NCBI GenBank assembly: GCA_951406725.2
Contig: OX597817.1
Location: 164,114,001-164,178,000, forward strand
Length of the DNA: 64,000 nucleotides
Reading direction: 5' to 3'
Source of the DNA: Octopus vulgaris
Lineage: Eukaryota
Below the pieces are notes generated by a model that was given only the letters and a program-made list of their open reading frames with translations, was not told the DNA's origin and ran no database searches. The translations under genes were made by a program, and so were the position numbers. This document shows positions 12,314-27,169 of this stretch, piece after piece. Each line of letters begins with the position of its first letter. Positions within the stretch are counted from its first letter, which is position 1.

Positions 12314-12570
12314 ATGTATGCATGTTTGAATGAATGTACTGTATATGTATGATGTGAAAATATGTGCATGTATAAATATATATATATATATATTATACAC
12401 ACACACACACACACACATATATATATGTATTATATACACACACACACACATATATATATATATATTATACACACACACACACATATATATATATTATACA
12501 CACACACACACACATATATATATTATACACACACACATATATATATGCACACACACACACACATATATAT

Positions 12571-12663
<93 letters not shown>

Positions 12664-12683
12664 CACACACACACACACATACA

Positions 12684-12725
<42 letters not shown>

Positions 12726-12790
12726 ATATATACATATATATATATATAAATAACTGTATGTATGCTTCCTTGAATGTATGAAATATGTAT
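11980..12790. repeat. Compound (TA)n/(CA)n microsatellite
   Basis: Direct inspection. Confidence 0.92.
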
Positions 12791-13000
12791 GTTTGTAAAA
12801 ACTTTACTCTTATCTATATTTTTCCTCTGCTGTTTTAAAGAAATCAAATTTGGTCAAGATTGCAGCTGCTGCTTCTCTTAAGTTGCAGCTGCTGCCTAAA
12901 GTCTCTGAACACTTTTATTGGCATTATTTATGTCTTCGAGTGTTTTGCGTGCATATGATTTTTTTCTTTTTGTGTATGTGCGTGCGTGTGATTTTTGTAC

Positions 13001-13391
13001 TGGATGGAAGCACTCCATCGGTTACGACGACGAGGGTTCCGGTCGATCCGAATCAACGGAACAGCCTGCTCGTGAAATTAACGTGTAAGTGGCTGAGCAC
13101 TCCACAGACACGTGTACCCTCAACGTAGTTCTCGGGGATATTCAGCGTGACACAGAGAGTGACAAGGCCGGCCCCTTGAAATACAGGTACAACAGAAACA
13201 GGAAGTAAGAGTGAGAGAAAGTTGTGGTGAAAGAGTACAGCAGGGTTCATCACCACCATCCCCTGCCGGAACCTCGTGGAACTTTTAGGTGTTTTCGCTC
13301 AATAAACACTCACAGCGCCCGGTCTGGGAATCGAAACCGCGATCCTATGACCGCGAGTCCGCTGCCCTAACCACTGGGCCATTGCGCCTCC
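13001..13391 (-). mobile_element. tRNA-derived SINE (head/body Y, tail 1)
   Basis: GGAGGCGCAATGGCCCAGTGGTTAGGGCAGCGGACTCGCGG..GGTTTCGATTCCC; near-identical copy at 21000-21389. Confidence 0.85.
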
Positions 13392-13723
13392 TATTTTTGT
13401 ACTACGTAGTGTTCATAAAATATAACGGAGCCTATTTTACAAAGAGCTATTGCATCTAGCTAACCAATCAACATACGAGCGTACGTGCACTCGCACACAC
13501 ACATACATACATACTTACACATATACATACATATGTACATACATACGTACATATATACATACATACATATGCTCTCGTATGTATATATATATATATAGAA
13601 TACGTATAATATATACATCTAAGTATATATATATTATGACTGTAGTTATTGAATGAGTATATGTATATTCATACAGGCATGTGTGTATACATGTCTGCAT
13701 GCATAAATGAATACATCTCATAC

Positions 13724-13773
<50 letters not shown>

Positions 13774-14644
13774 GCAAGAGAAGTATAGCCTTTATTCTCC
13801 TTTTCGCTTATCTTTTTCTTCTCGTTTTTTTTTTTTATTTCTCGCATTTCCTTACGGAGTAGCCCTCTCATATGAGCCTGAACGATTGCCGAGTCGCGCA
13901 AGGGATGCTATATAAGCTGGTTCGATGACAGCATTTAGCGAGCATGAAACTTGAAGTAGTTCACGTTTAACTCCTGTATTCATTAGCTGAAACACACACA
14001 CACACACACATACATATAGTGTATACACATTTATGCGCATTGACTTAAAAAGTTTCATTTGTCGGTCACGAGATTCCGCATTTGATTGTGTTGCATGGCT
14101 CTTTGTCAATTACCTGTTACCATATTATTATGTCCCAATCCTTATAAATCCGTAGATATCAATATGGCAAACCGTGTGATTCTTACGTCGGTATCTGAAG
14201 CTATGCTTCTTACTATTAGAACCTGTGTGTCGTGCTTTCTATTTTCTTTTCTCACACCATCCTTAGAGATTCTGCATAAAAGATCATGGTTAGTTTTCTT
14301 CTTCATCTGACTAGGACATTACAAAATATATATAAGGTGAAGTTGAAACTTTTTAACAAAAACTTTTATTTTACATCGGAAGAAAAAATAATAATGAAAT
14401 CGATAGTTTGCTATCAGCATCGTATTTTATCTAGCGACATCTCTGTTGAGATTGATTTACAATATCTCTTTTGTATTTGTTGAATAGATTGGAAATTTTG
14501 TCTAGAAAATTGATTTCTGGTTTGATTATTTAATACTGGAACATAATAATCGTTTGCGATACAAACTAAAACCAATATGATTTTGATATTTTATTTTATT
14601 TTATATTATTTAATTTCATTTTATTTTATTTCCTTTTATCGCAG

Positions 14645-14847
14645 GTAATTATTGTGAAATGCGGGCGGAGCCTGGTTTCTGTTTGGCTAAAATTACCAGA
14701 TATTATTACGACCGAATTTCTGGAACATGTCGTATGTTCCATTATGGTGGATGCGGTGGCAACGGTAATAACTTCTATACGAAGAGAGATTGCCTCAATT
14801 ACTGTTCTTCAAGAAGACCTGCATATGGTTATCAAACTCGCAATTGA
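14645..14847 (+). CDS. Terminal coding exon: Kunitz/BPTI domain 2 plus short tail
   Basis: Long T-rich tract and gcag|GT; NYCEMRAEPGFCLAKITRYYYDRISGTCRMFHYGGCGGNGNNFYTKRDCLNYCSSRRPAYGYQTRN*. Phase 1 matches the donor at 3279. Confidence 0.93.
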
Positions 14848-15691
14848 AAATCTAATCAATGTAATTCAAACTAAACATGAATATTTGATAACTTCGATTT
14901 ACTTGAATTTTCCATAAGCATATTATTATTATTATTTGTATTACTTCTTTGCGCTTTTTAATACTCTGAAGTAAATTTTTATATCCATCTTTCAATGTCC
15001 ATTTGTATATCTTTTGTATTATTAAAAACAATCGATATTACTGATCCTTTGTTGGTTTACAATTATTTTCTGGTCAATATTATTAAGCATGTATTGATTT
15101 GTAATATAAGTAATCCGTTCATTAAAGAAAAGTGTCAGCCTATTATCTTGTAAAGACATAATAATCGGACGACATACACTAGGAAACCATCTTGATATTA
15201 CAAAAGCTTTCTTACAGAAATTCTCGCAGCTACAAGAGCTTATAAACATACGATAAAACTGTTTCTAAAATACAGGCCTCATTTTCTTCATCTTTTATAC
15301 TATAGAGCAGTGTGTATTAAGTGTTCTTACCAGAGGAAAATTAACTGAAATAACAATCAAAAAGAAAGTTCGGACTCACCTTTGTTGGGAGATATTAGAT
15401 TTAAACCAGTTGATACCATAACAATACCGAATACTATGAAGTTGAAATATTTAGTTAAAACTTTGTTTTGTATTATGAAGCCAGTTAGCATCGTGCGATT
15501 AGTTTTAATATTGGATAACAAAGATTATGTTCAAAATGTCTGTCACAAGAACTGATTGAAAAGAATGTAATTTCATGAAGTAAAATTAAATATGCCAATT
15601 AGTTTTCTTTTACTTGTTTCAATCATTGGACTGTGGCCATGCTGGAACACAGTCTTGAAGTGATTAATAGAACAAATCTAACCCAGTGAGG

Positions 15692-15773
<82 letters not shown>

Positions 15774-16866
15774 GCTTCCATATAATCGTCATCTACCATA
15801 TTCACTTAACAAAGCATTAGTCCGCCCGGAATTATAGTGGAAGACACGTGCCTTAGATGCTGCGTAGTGGAACCGAACCAGAAACCACTTGGTTGCGAAC
15901 CTAACTTTTTAACGATACAATTATTAAAGATCTAATACAAATAACCTGCTTAAAACTAATGGTTATTTATAGCAGAGGCTCAAAAATTTAGAGCGAGCAA
16001 TGCCATTTTCAGTCATGGGCGCACTTGGTCATTACCCAGGGACCCTCAGGCTTAGGGACTAAGTGCGAACCTGTGTATGCTGTGCTTGTGTAGATAGGGG
16101 CTCCAGTACATTCATTGTTTTGCTCGGTGGCTGGGATATGGGCGAAGAGCGAGCTAGAATACTATTAAGACGGCTTTCGGGGCGAAGATACTGGCAATTC
16201 AATCGACCGTAGTAACCACAAGTGCCAATCCTTGTTGTGGTGAGGTAGTTTGCGTTCCTCAATTACCCTGAGGGCTATTCTATCAGAGCACAATCTCCTT
16301 GTTGGACCTTCCAAACTGGACAGGTCAAAGGATAGAGGTCAGACTAATGTGTACCACCTCGATTTCGGCAGAATTTGAACTCAGAACGCAGCAGCGGACG
16401 AAATACCACAAAGCATTTCGCCCGGCGTGCTAGCGTTTCTTATTTCTTTATTGCCCACAAGGGGCTAAACATAGAGGGGACGAACAAGGACAGACACACG
16501 GATTAAGTCGATTATATTGACCCCAGTGCGTAACTGGTACTTAATTTATCGACCCCGAAAGGATGAAAAGCAAAGTCGACCTCGGCGGTATTTGAACTCA
16601 GAACGTAACAGCAGACGAAATACGGCTGTGCATTTCGCCCGGCGTGCTAACGTTTCTGCCAGCTCGCCGCCTTACAGAACTACATATTAATGGTAAGTTG
16701 TATCTAATCGTGAAAGCAAATTAAAAAAATAGAATTTTTTTTTAAACTATTTCTTTTTTAAATAAATTGATTTATTGTTATTTTTGCAGAGCGAAATCTA
16801 AATTCTCAGTTGTGTTGATTGTCAACGAGGATTTGTGACAGCGATTTTAATCTATTGCATTTATTT

Positions 16867-17110
16867 TTTGCAGCGTTCAAGGTGTTTATAAGCCATCTAA
16901 AAAGCACACAAAACACCGTTAGATTCACTTTGAAAGCGCGACCTCTTCACTGACAAAACTTAGTGCTGCATCACGATATGTTGTCAGTGAACGGGTCTCG
17001 GTTTCAATGCGACGAAAATATTTTGACACAAATTAAATTTAAATGTTGAAGTGAATCAAACGGTTTTTGTGTGCTTTTTAAATGGCTTATAAACACCTTC
17101 CACGCTGCAA
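16867..17110. mobile_element. Foldback/MITE-like element
   Basis: ~60-bp imperfect inverted arms plus an internal hairpin. Confidence 0.6.
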
Positions 17111-17555
17111 TTGTTTTTTTGTTTCAACACACAATCTCAGATCAAGTCACTTGCTATGCAAGTACATCCCCGTAACATTTATTTTTTGTTTCACTTAAAA
17201 AGAGACATAATCAATATTTACTGATGGCTACCATTAACTTAGATTAACGCAGCTTGTAGATATACAGTAATAGGCTCAAAGTAGAAAGTGCTCTGCTAAT
17301 ATCTTCTACAATATCGTGAGATGATTTTAAACCCATTAGTCAAATGACTACAACTTCGCTGCTCAGCACAAAGAATATCAATTTTGAAATATCTGACCAC
17401 CATTAAATGCGAAACGCAATTTCGTGATTGTCAAAATGTTTTCTCAGGAGACATTGACCGCTAATGATATATAGTCCTATCGTTATTGTTTTGCTAACTA
17501 TAAAGACCATTTTGTACGTGCACGCGTGTTGGGTGTACATGCGAATGTGTGTATA

Positions 17556-18690
<1,135 letters not shown>

Positions 18691-19041
18691 TTCGAAGGGA
18701 AAGGTATAATTAACTGACGCCATTAATGAAGCATAGGTAAGCGTTGCCAATCGGCTGGGTATCGGACAAAACGCTTATCGGCATCTCTGCTAGGCTCATT
18801 ACATTTTCAGTTCGAATTCATCCGAAGTCGACTCGACCTTTCATCCTTTCGGTGTGGATAAAATGAGTACCGATTGAGCAGTTAGATCTTAGTACCTTAG
18901 ATCGACTTAGTGCCTCCCCACAGAATTTCAAGCCTTGTGTCTATATTAGAAATAATTAATAAAGTATAAATAGAAAACCTAATCTGCCGCCCGGTTTAAC
19001 TATATTGTTTGGTCCTGGTATGTCATCAACGGAGATTGTTG

Positions 19042-19452
19042 GGATCTTTTCGGTTTGAACGGCAGTTTTTAACATAATTTCTAGGTAACTAAAGAATTTT
19101 AAACTTCGTATACTGGTAGAATGTGTTTATAAAACATATTTTTCTCTTGGCTTTATTGAGAAAATTCTATAGTTTGTAAGATATTTGTTGGGTTTTTTTC
19201 TTCAATTTCTGCAATTTCAACCAATCACTGACGTCTATTGAGTTAAAAAGCATTCTGTGCTGTATGAATATGTCCCTCGTTTAAGAAACAGATTGGGTTT
19301 ATTTACATTTGTGAAGAAAAAAAGATACCCTTCCCCCACCCCTAACCCTAAAAGAGATTGAAATGCAATAGGTCGATTCTAGGGTCATAATTATGGGTGA
19401 CAATTTCATATGACACCGCTAGAAAAAACTGCCGTTCAAACCGAAAAGATCC
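19042..19452. mobile_element. Merlin-type MITE (~410 bp)
   Basis: TIR GGATCTTTTCGGTTTGAACGGCAGTTTTT; 8-bp TSD GATTGTTG; internal CCCTAA motifs. Confidence 0.85.
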
Positions 19453-19948
19453 GATTGTTGCAATCATCCAGACCAAGTCATCAGTTTAAGGAAAATTCAA
19501 CATCCTGATACATTACTTCTTGGTGTAGGAACCTATGGCACACAAGCCACCACATCACATCAAATACTGTCCTTGGTGATGGATAAGGGACGAGGGGACG
19601 GTCCACCCCGAACGATTCTTTTATGGTGGTGGCACTTTTTGGTCTGCTGCATAGGGGTCCCTGTACAGGGGACAGCAAACTCAGGGATTGTCATGGATGG
19701 TACACATTCTGGACACATCAACATACTTGGTAAGTAATCCCTCACCAACACACTTCAAACACTAACCCAAAGATACGCTATTTTTTTTTTAATATCCCCC
19801 ACTGATTCTATAAAATGTCAAGTTATGTACCACCTCTGCTCCGACTTTTCCTTCTCCCATTTTCCCTAAGTGTCTTATTTGCCCTACGATATAAAAAAAA
19901 CATGCTAAACCCATTCGTCCTAATCTCCCTGCTCACGTTTTTTCTATA

Positions 19949-20104
19949 GGCGCAGGAGTGGCTGTGTGGTAAGTAGCTTGCTTACCAACCACATGGTTCC
20001 GGGTTCAGTCCCACTGCGTGGCACCTTGGGCAAGCCTTGTGGGTGGATATGGTAGACGGAAACTCAAAGAAGCACGTCGTATATATGCATGTATGTGTGT
20101 GTGT

Positions 20105-20135
<31 letters not shown>

Positions 20136-20345
20136 CCTGTGTTTGTCCCCCTAGCATTGCTTGACAACCGACGGTGGTGTGTTTACGTCCCCGTCACTTA
20201 GCGGTTCGGCAAAAAAGACCGATAGAATAAGTACTGGGCTTACAAAGAATAAGTCCTGGGGTCGATTTGTTCGACTAAAGGCGGTGCTCCAGCATGGCCG
20301 CAGTCAAATGAGTGAAACAAGTAAAAGAGTAAAAGAGTAAGAGTA
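19949..20345 (+). mobile_element. tRNA-derived CORE-like SINE with internal (TA/TG)n and LINE-type tail
   Basis: A box TGGCTGTGTGG, B box GGTTCAGTCCC, ACCTTGGGCAAG core, tail ...ACAAGTAAAAGAG. Copies at 11150-11566(-), 22487-22905(-), 23245-23690(+), 30207-30616(+), 30855-31258(-), 40325-40692(+), 41188-41617(+). Confidence 0.85.
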
Positions 20346-20999
20346 ATCATCAATTTATAGCATGTCAAACTGAAAAGCGACTCAGCAGATTAACTATTCT
20401 GAGAGGTGATGGGGTCTGTAAAAAGACATGCGAGCTAAACCTTCTTCTCTGGCTAAAAATGAAACTATATCGCACACAATTCCGCCCGCACATACAGACA
20501 TAACATGTGTAGGGAAACAGTAATGAATAAAATAAGAATGAAATAAAGAAGACGGGGAATTATAGTGACTGATGAACGACTAAAGGTCAAAGTTTAAGAC
20601 CATCTGAAAATTTATACAGGAAAAATTATTATAAATGGATTTGTTTAAAAGCAATAAAATATTCTGAAACATGAATTCTTTGCTAAATTTTGAATTAGAT
20701 TTTATGAAAAATATTTAATGACGACGTTTTTAGAAAATTCCAATAATCAGTATTGGCTGCGATCGTAATTAGTTGAATCAAAAACAATGTTGCAGAACAG
20801 CTCTAAGCTTAAGCAAACTTATTGCGTTAATATTAAAATTTATAGCAAAACATCAAATGTTGTTTTATGTTTTATTTCCCTTCTATGTTGCCTATGTTAG
20901 CTTGACAAAATGACTTCAGCATGTTTTGAGTGTTTCTCCTCCCACTCGAACGCACAAAGGTCATGGAGACATTTGCTCCTCGCCTAGTAGCGTAGCTAG

Positions 21000-21389
21000 G
21001 TGGATGGAAGCACTCCGTCGGTTACGACGACGAGGGGTTCCGGTTGATCCGAATCAACGGAACAGCCTGCTCGTGAAATTAACGTGTAAGTGGCTGAGCA
21101 CTCCACAGACACGTGCACCCTTAACGTAGTTCTCGGGGATATTCAGCGTGACACAGAGAGTGACAAGGCCGGCCCCTTGAAATACAGGTACAACAGAAAC
21201 AGGAAGTAAGAGTGAGAGAAAGTTGTGGTGAAAGAGTACAGCAGGGATCACCACCATCCCCTGCCGGAGCCTCGTGGAGCTTTTAGGTGTTTTCGCTCAA
21301 TAAACACTCACAACGCCCGGTCTGGGAATCGAAACCACGATCCTATGACCGCGAGTCCGCTGCCCTAACCACTGGGCCATTGCGCCTCC
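21000..21389 (-). mobile_element. tRNA-derived SINE (head/body Y, tail 1)
   Basis: Near-identical to 13001-13391. Confidence 0.85.
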
Positions 21390-22637
21390 ACAAAGCGTAG
21401 CGAGGTATTTGGTGAGGAGACAGATCACCTCGGGCGACGCTTTTATGGGACTGCGCTTTTTTTGTCGTTGTATAGACGTCCTTGTATAGGAGACAGCAAA
21501 CTCAGGGGCTGTCGCGAGCAGCATACATTCTAGCTATTGCTCTAATCAAACCTGAACGAGCAAACCTATAAGCAAAGACATTCCATCCTTTTGTTTCAAA
21601 CTATCTATATCTAGGCCTGTATTCTGTTCTTCTCTAGGCACAAAGCCTGAAATTTTGGGGAGGGGGCCAGTCGATTACATCGACCCCAGTACGTAACTGG
21701 TACTTAATTTATCGACCCCGAAAGGATGAAAGGCAAAGTCGACCTCGGCGGAATTTGAACTCAGAACGTAACGGCAGACGAAATACCTATTTCTTTATTA
21801 TCCACAAGGGGCTAAACACAGAGGGGACAAACAAGGACAGACATAGGTATTAAGTCGATTACATCGACCCCAGTGCGTAACTGATACTTAATTTATCGAC
21901 CCCGAAAGGATGAAAGGCAAAGTCGACCTCGGCGGAATTTGAACTCACAACGTAACGGCAGACGAAATACCGCTAAGCATTTCGCCCAGCGTGCTAACGT
22001 TTCTGCCAGCTCACCGCCTTATCTAGGTCTATATTATTCAGTGTTCCCTTTCGCTTTCAAATGATATGTGTGATTTTAGAAAGATTTGGCTGTTATTTCT
22101 AGCATGGACATTTTTCAATCTCATCATAGAGAATGTCAAATGACTTTTCGTTTCCTATAAATTTCAAAACTTACTTAGTCATTCAGTCATCATCCGTTCA
22201 TCGTGATGGCGACTTTTATAGCCGATTACGGTGACTAATGCAATGCAATAGCTGAAAGAAATATATGACGAAACTAAATGTATCGGGGTCAGATTTTGAT
22301 CTTGACACCATCTAACAATACACCACGAACATCAGCTTCCAGTCTTAACTGTACACATTCTTGGCAAACACTCGAATATGTCTGCATAATTTTTCAAGAA
22401 TTCGTTGGAAATAAGCACCACGTACTACTACCTATCTAGCGGCACTCGAAGTGAAGACACCAGCCAGACGCTATTTGTCTTCAGGCTCTTTACTCTTTTA
22501 CTTGTTTCAGTCTTATTCTATCGGTCGCCTTTGCCGAACCGCCAAGTTACGGTGACGTAAACACACCAGCATCGGTTATCAAGTGATGTTGGAGTGACAA
22601 ACACAGACACATAAACATATACACTCACACATATATA

Positions 22638-22768
22638 CAGGTTGTCCCAAAAAAATGTATACACACCTTAAATAATTGTAAATTTGTTCTTCTTTGTAAG
22701 CCTAGTACTTATTCTATCGTTCTCTTTTGCCGAACCACTATGTGTATACATTTTTTGGGGACACCCTG
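22638..22768. mobile_element. Tc1-type MITE inside a SINE microsatellite
   Basis: TA-CAGGTTGTCCCAAAAAAATGTATACACA...TGTGTATACATTTTTTGGGGACACCCTG-TA. Confidence 0.7.
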
Positions 22769-23412
22769 TATATACATATATACGACGGGCTTCCTTCAGT
22801 TTCCGTCAACCAAATCCACTCACAAGGCTTTGGTCGACCCGAGGCTATAGTAGAAGACACTTGCCCAAGGTGCCGCGCAGTGGGATTGAACCCGGAACCA
22901 TGTGGTTCGTATTTTAAGCACAAATTGCCATATCTTATCGTAGAATCCCTCAACTTTCCACCCTGACCTGAATACTGCGATACTAGTTACACTACAACAC
23001 ACACACACAAAGCGTTAAACTTATACATTTATTAAAACTTGTTCCTCGTATTGTCTTTCTTTTCCTGTTGATTACTTTCACACATACACTTTAATATTGT
23101 AACATTCCGCATAGATTTTGATCAGCAAAGTTAGCCACAGCCAGTAGTTTCTTGGCCAACCAACGATAGACAGTAGAACTTTCGACTTGCTTTATTCTGC
23201 TTACTCGCATTTAACAACATATCATGAGTAAAATTTCAGTTAAAGGCGTAAGAGTGGCTCTGAGTAAGTAGCTTGCTTACCAACCACATGGTTTCGGGTT
23301 CAGTCCCACTGCGTGGCACCTTGGGCAAGTGTCTTCTACTATAGCCTCGGGCCGACCAAAGCCTTGTGGGTGGATTTGGTAGACGGAAACTGAAAGAAGC
23401 ACGTCGTATATA

Positions 23413-23465
<53 letters not shown>

Positions 23466-24392
23466 GTGCGTATGTGTTTGTGCGTCTGTGTTTGTTCCTC
23501 CAACATTGCTTGAGAACCGATGCTGGTGTGTTTACGTCCCTGCAACTTAGCGGTTCGGCAAAATAGACTGATAGAATAAGTACTGGGCTTACAAAGAATA
23601 AGTCCTGGGGTCGATTTGCTCGACTAAAGGCGGTGCTCCAGGATGGCCACAGTCAAATGACTGAAACAAGTAAAAGGTTAAAAGAGTAAAGTACATGTCC
23701 CTTAGTCATGTGGAAAATTATAAAAAGTTACTTCAGATTTTTTGATTTTTTTCTTTCAAAATTCTGACTTTAGCCTCTGTTTTCCCAACTGATATATCAT
23801 ACCGTTATGAACAATTAACCGCATGGACTATTTTAAAGCAATTTCCCATTATAAATATGAATTAATTATCCCTCAAACAAAATAATTACCTACTTAATTC
23901 CCACTTGTATTCGGAATACGCGCAAACTTATTGTGAAATGTGGTTTGACGTGGCCAAGTGGTTAGAGCAGCGGACTCGCGGTCGAAGGATCGCGGGTTCG
24001 AATCTCAGACTGGGTGATGTGTGTGTTTATGAGCGAAACACCTAAGCTCCACGCGGCTCCGGCAGAAGGTAATGGCGAACTTCTGCTGACTCTTTCGCCA
24101 CAACTTTCTCTCACTCTCTCCTCCTGCCTCTTGCAGCTCGCCTGCGACGGACCGGCGTCCTGTCCAGATGGGGAACCTATACACCAAGGATACCGGGAAA
24201 CCGGCCCTTATGAGCCAGGCGTGGCTCGAAAAGGAACAAACGGCAACAATATATTGTTAAATAGTAATTGTATTCTCCTCCCCCCCCCCCCCACCCTCAT
24301 TATTCACTTCCTGTAGAGAAATATAGCGTTCGGGAAAGTCAAGGTCGTATGAATTTGAACCATCAATGTTTTGGATTGAGCATTCATTACTA

Positions 24393-24534
24393 TCAGGTTG
24401 TCCCAAAAGTTCGTAGAAAGTCTTGGAAAATAATGGTCTTTATTTTGAGGAATAATTTTTGTTGTTTTTGTTAGTAAGTTGGCGAGTAAAAATTCAATTT
24501 TCGCAAGTGTTTACGAACTTTTGGGACAACCTAA
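24393..24534. mobile_element. mariner-type MITE
   Basis: TA-TCAGGTTGTCCCAAAAGTTCGTA...TACGAACTTTTGGGACAACCTAA-TA. Confidence 0.75.
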
Positions 24535-24963
24535 TACAATCGCACTGTAAGTCAAAATTTAACCAAAAGAAAAATGAGTTAACCCAAACAATGGACTATT
24601 CAAAGCAAGAATATATTCTTATCAGGAGAGTTTCTTCACGTGAAAGATCTGATTAATGACAGAAAATGTTGAAAGAAGGTCACGCAAAGGAAAACACGAA
24701 AGGATGTTGGTGGCATACGAGAAAAGCGTAGAAATTGAAAAGCGGATAGCAAGAATGAAAGGCAATAATAAGAGTGAAACTAGCAAACAAAGAGGTGAAT
24801 AGAAATATGAAAGCAGTATTATTAGATGATGAAAAGGCAGCCAGTCTGAAAGAGATATTCAGAAGTAGGATGGAAAAAACACCATTGCGGGTTCAATTCG
24901 ACGAATTACCACCAATGATAACTTTTGAAGATATGTCGAATTTTCTGATATATTAAAAAAGGA

Positions 24964-25627
24964 GGATCTTTTCGGTTTGAACGGCAGTTTTTTCTAGCGG
25001 TGTCATGTGAAATTGTCACCCATAATTATGACCCTAGTATCGATCTATTGCATTTCAATCTGTTTTAAGGTTAGAGTTGGTTAGAGGTGGAGGGAAGGGT
25101 ATCTTTTTTCTTCAGAAATGTAAATAAACCCAATCTGTTTCTTAAACGAGGGACATATTCACACGGCACAGAATGTTTTTTTTACCTCAATAGACGTCAG
25201 TGATTAGTTGAAATTGCAGAAATTGAAGAAAAAACGGATCTTTTCAATATCGTGGCCAGGACCCCAGATCTTTCTAGTTAACTAAATAATTTGAAACTTC
25301 GTGTATTCATAGAGTGGAACTAGTTTATTCGCCAATTGGAACTAGTTTATTTGAGAAAAATCTATTTTATGACTTTAATCGTAGATTAAAACTGCGAATT
25401 TTAACCAATGAGATTGCTTGTTTTCATATCTAAAACGTTACTGCGATCTGTTAGTGTGAAGTTGAAAGCAGTTTTGTGACGTAGTCTGCTCTCTCTTTGT
25501 AAGTCTGTCTGCCTCCCCCTCTCTTACTATATTACATTTATCTTGCTTGAACTCATTGAAGTAAAACGTCCTCCTTTTTTTCTGTCTCTCTCTCCCTCTC
25601 TCTATCTCTCTCTCTCCCTCTCTCTAT

Positions 25628-25679
<52 letters not shown>

Positions 25680-25797
25680 GTATATATGTATGTTCATATA
25701 TGTATGTAAATATTTATGAAATAAATAAACACACATATTCGTGCGGATGTATTAAATATCTAAAATGTGTGAGCCTTATATAATTAAACTGATGATA

Positions 25798-25830
<33 letters not shown>

Positions 25831-25883
25831 GTGTGTGTGTGTGTCTGCGTGCGTGTAATGTATGTATAATTATATATATGCGT

Positions 25884-25922
<39 letters not shown>

Positions 25923-26482
25923 TGCATGCGCGCGTGTGTGGTGTGTGTGTGTGTGTGTGTGTGTGTGTGATGAAAGGCAAAATCGACCTCGGCGGAATTT
26001 GAACTCAGAACGTAACGGCAGACGAAATACGGCTACGCATTTCGCCCGGCGTGCTAACGTTTCTGCTTTGTTTACATTTAAGATGTTTAATACGTCACCA
26101 AATTGGTGGTCGAGACGGAGTAAATAAAATAAAGCCGAATGACGGAATATCATTGGTTAAAATTCTAATTATAAAACAACGTTAAACTTAGAAGTTACAA
26201 TTCCGTTTTCATTCTGGTTTACAATTAAGTTTACTTTTGACACATTCTACCAGTATACGAAGTTTCAAATTGTTTGGTTCAGTAGGAAAAATTTGAAAAA
26301 ACTGGCTTCAGAATTGAAAAGATCCGAAAAAACAACAAATATCTTACAAACTATAGAATTTTCTCAATAAAGCCAAGAGAAAAAGATGTTTTATAAACAC
26401 ATTCCACCAGTATACGAAGTTTAAAAGTGTTTAGTTACGTGGAAATTATTTTAAAAAACTACCGTTCAAACCGAAAAGATCC
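24964..26482. mobile_element. Merlin-type MITE interrupted by a nested related element
   Basis: Same TIRs; nested insert at 25236-26325. Confidence 0.8.
25236..26325. mobile_element. Nested Merlin-type non-autonomous element
   Basis: TIR GGATCTTTTCAAT...ATTGAAAAGATCC; 8-bp TSD GAAAAAAC. Confidence 0.8.
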
Positions 26483-27169
26483 CAACTTTCTACTTTGTGG
26501 GGTAGAAAGCCATTTCATTATCATTATTTTTTCACACCTCATAAATCATTCATTAATCGTCATACGTACCCCACGTTTGTGTTGTCTGTCCATGTAGTGT
26601 CCCCTCTATATTTAGGCTTCATGCCGAGAATAAAAGCGAGTTTTGTTCGTCCCCTCTAAGTTGGCCCCTAGTGGGTAATAAAAAATCAGAGGGTTTCTCC
26701 ACACATTTTTATAAATTACTATGTTGCTTATAAAATTTTGAGTACCACTACTACTCGATTCATCTCATTACAAAGAGCCACCACTACTTTCAGCCAGATG
26801 CAACTAATTTGATAACGGAAGATGAGATTACCTGAAGTTACAAAAGGCAAACAGTTAATTATCTGGAAGGTAACCAAATTTATTATTTTTCAAAATAATT
26901 CCAACACTTGCAAATAAAACAAACTGTTTTGCGGGATACGAACATGAAAAGTAATTAAAAAAATTTTTTTTAAAGAAAAGGGTAATACGACTTGCCGAAG
27001 GCAAAATTATTCAAAACCTGTCGATGACTACTGAACAACTGGGAGCAGTTTTGAAGCAGAAATAGTTCCAATTCAAAACTGCTCAAATGTGACTGATCGA
27101 GGCATTGACCAAGCAAGTGACAGTCCGGTCATCAAGTCGAGTCATTGATTCAGCTTACATCAACATAAT

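Noticed and set aside
20569-20600. CTGATGA followed by a short hairpin
   Set aside because: No GAAA/UH core or stems I/III, so not a hammerhead; the same applies at 5182 and the degenerate site near 6610-6640.
23947-24015. tRNA-like sequence (GTGGCCAAGTGGTTAGAGC..GGTTCGAATC)
   Set aside because: It is a SINE head that continues into SINE body and tail; no complete acceptor stem.
24774-24956. 60-aa ORF MKLANKEVNRN...
   Set aside because: No recognisable homology or splice context; lies among TE fragments.
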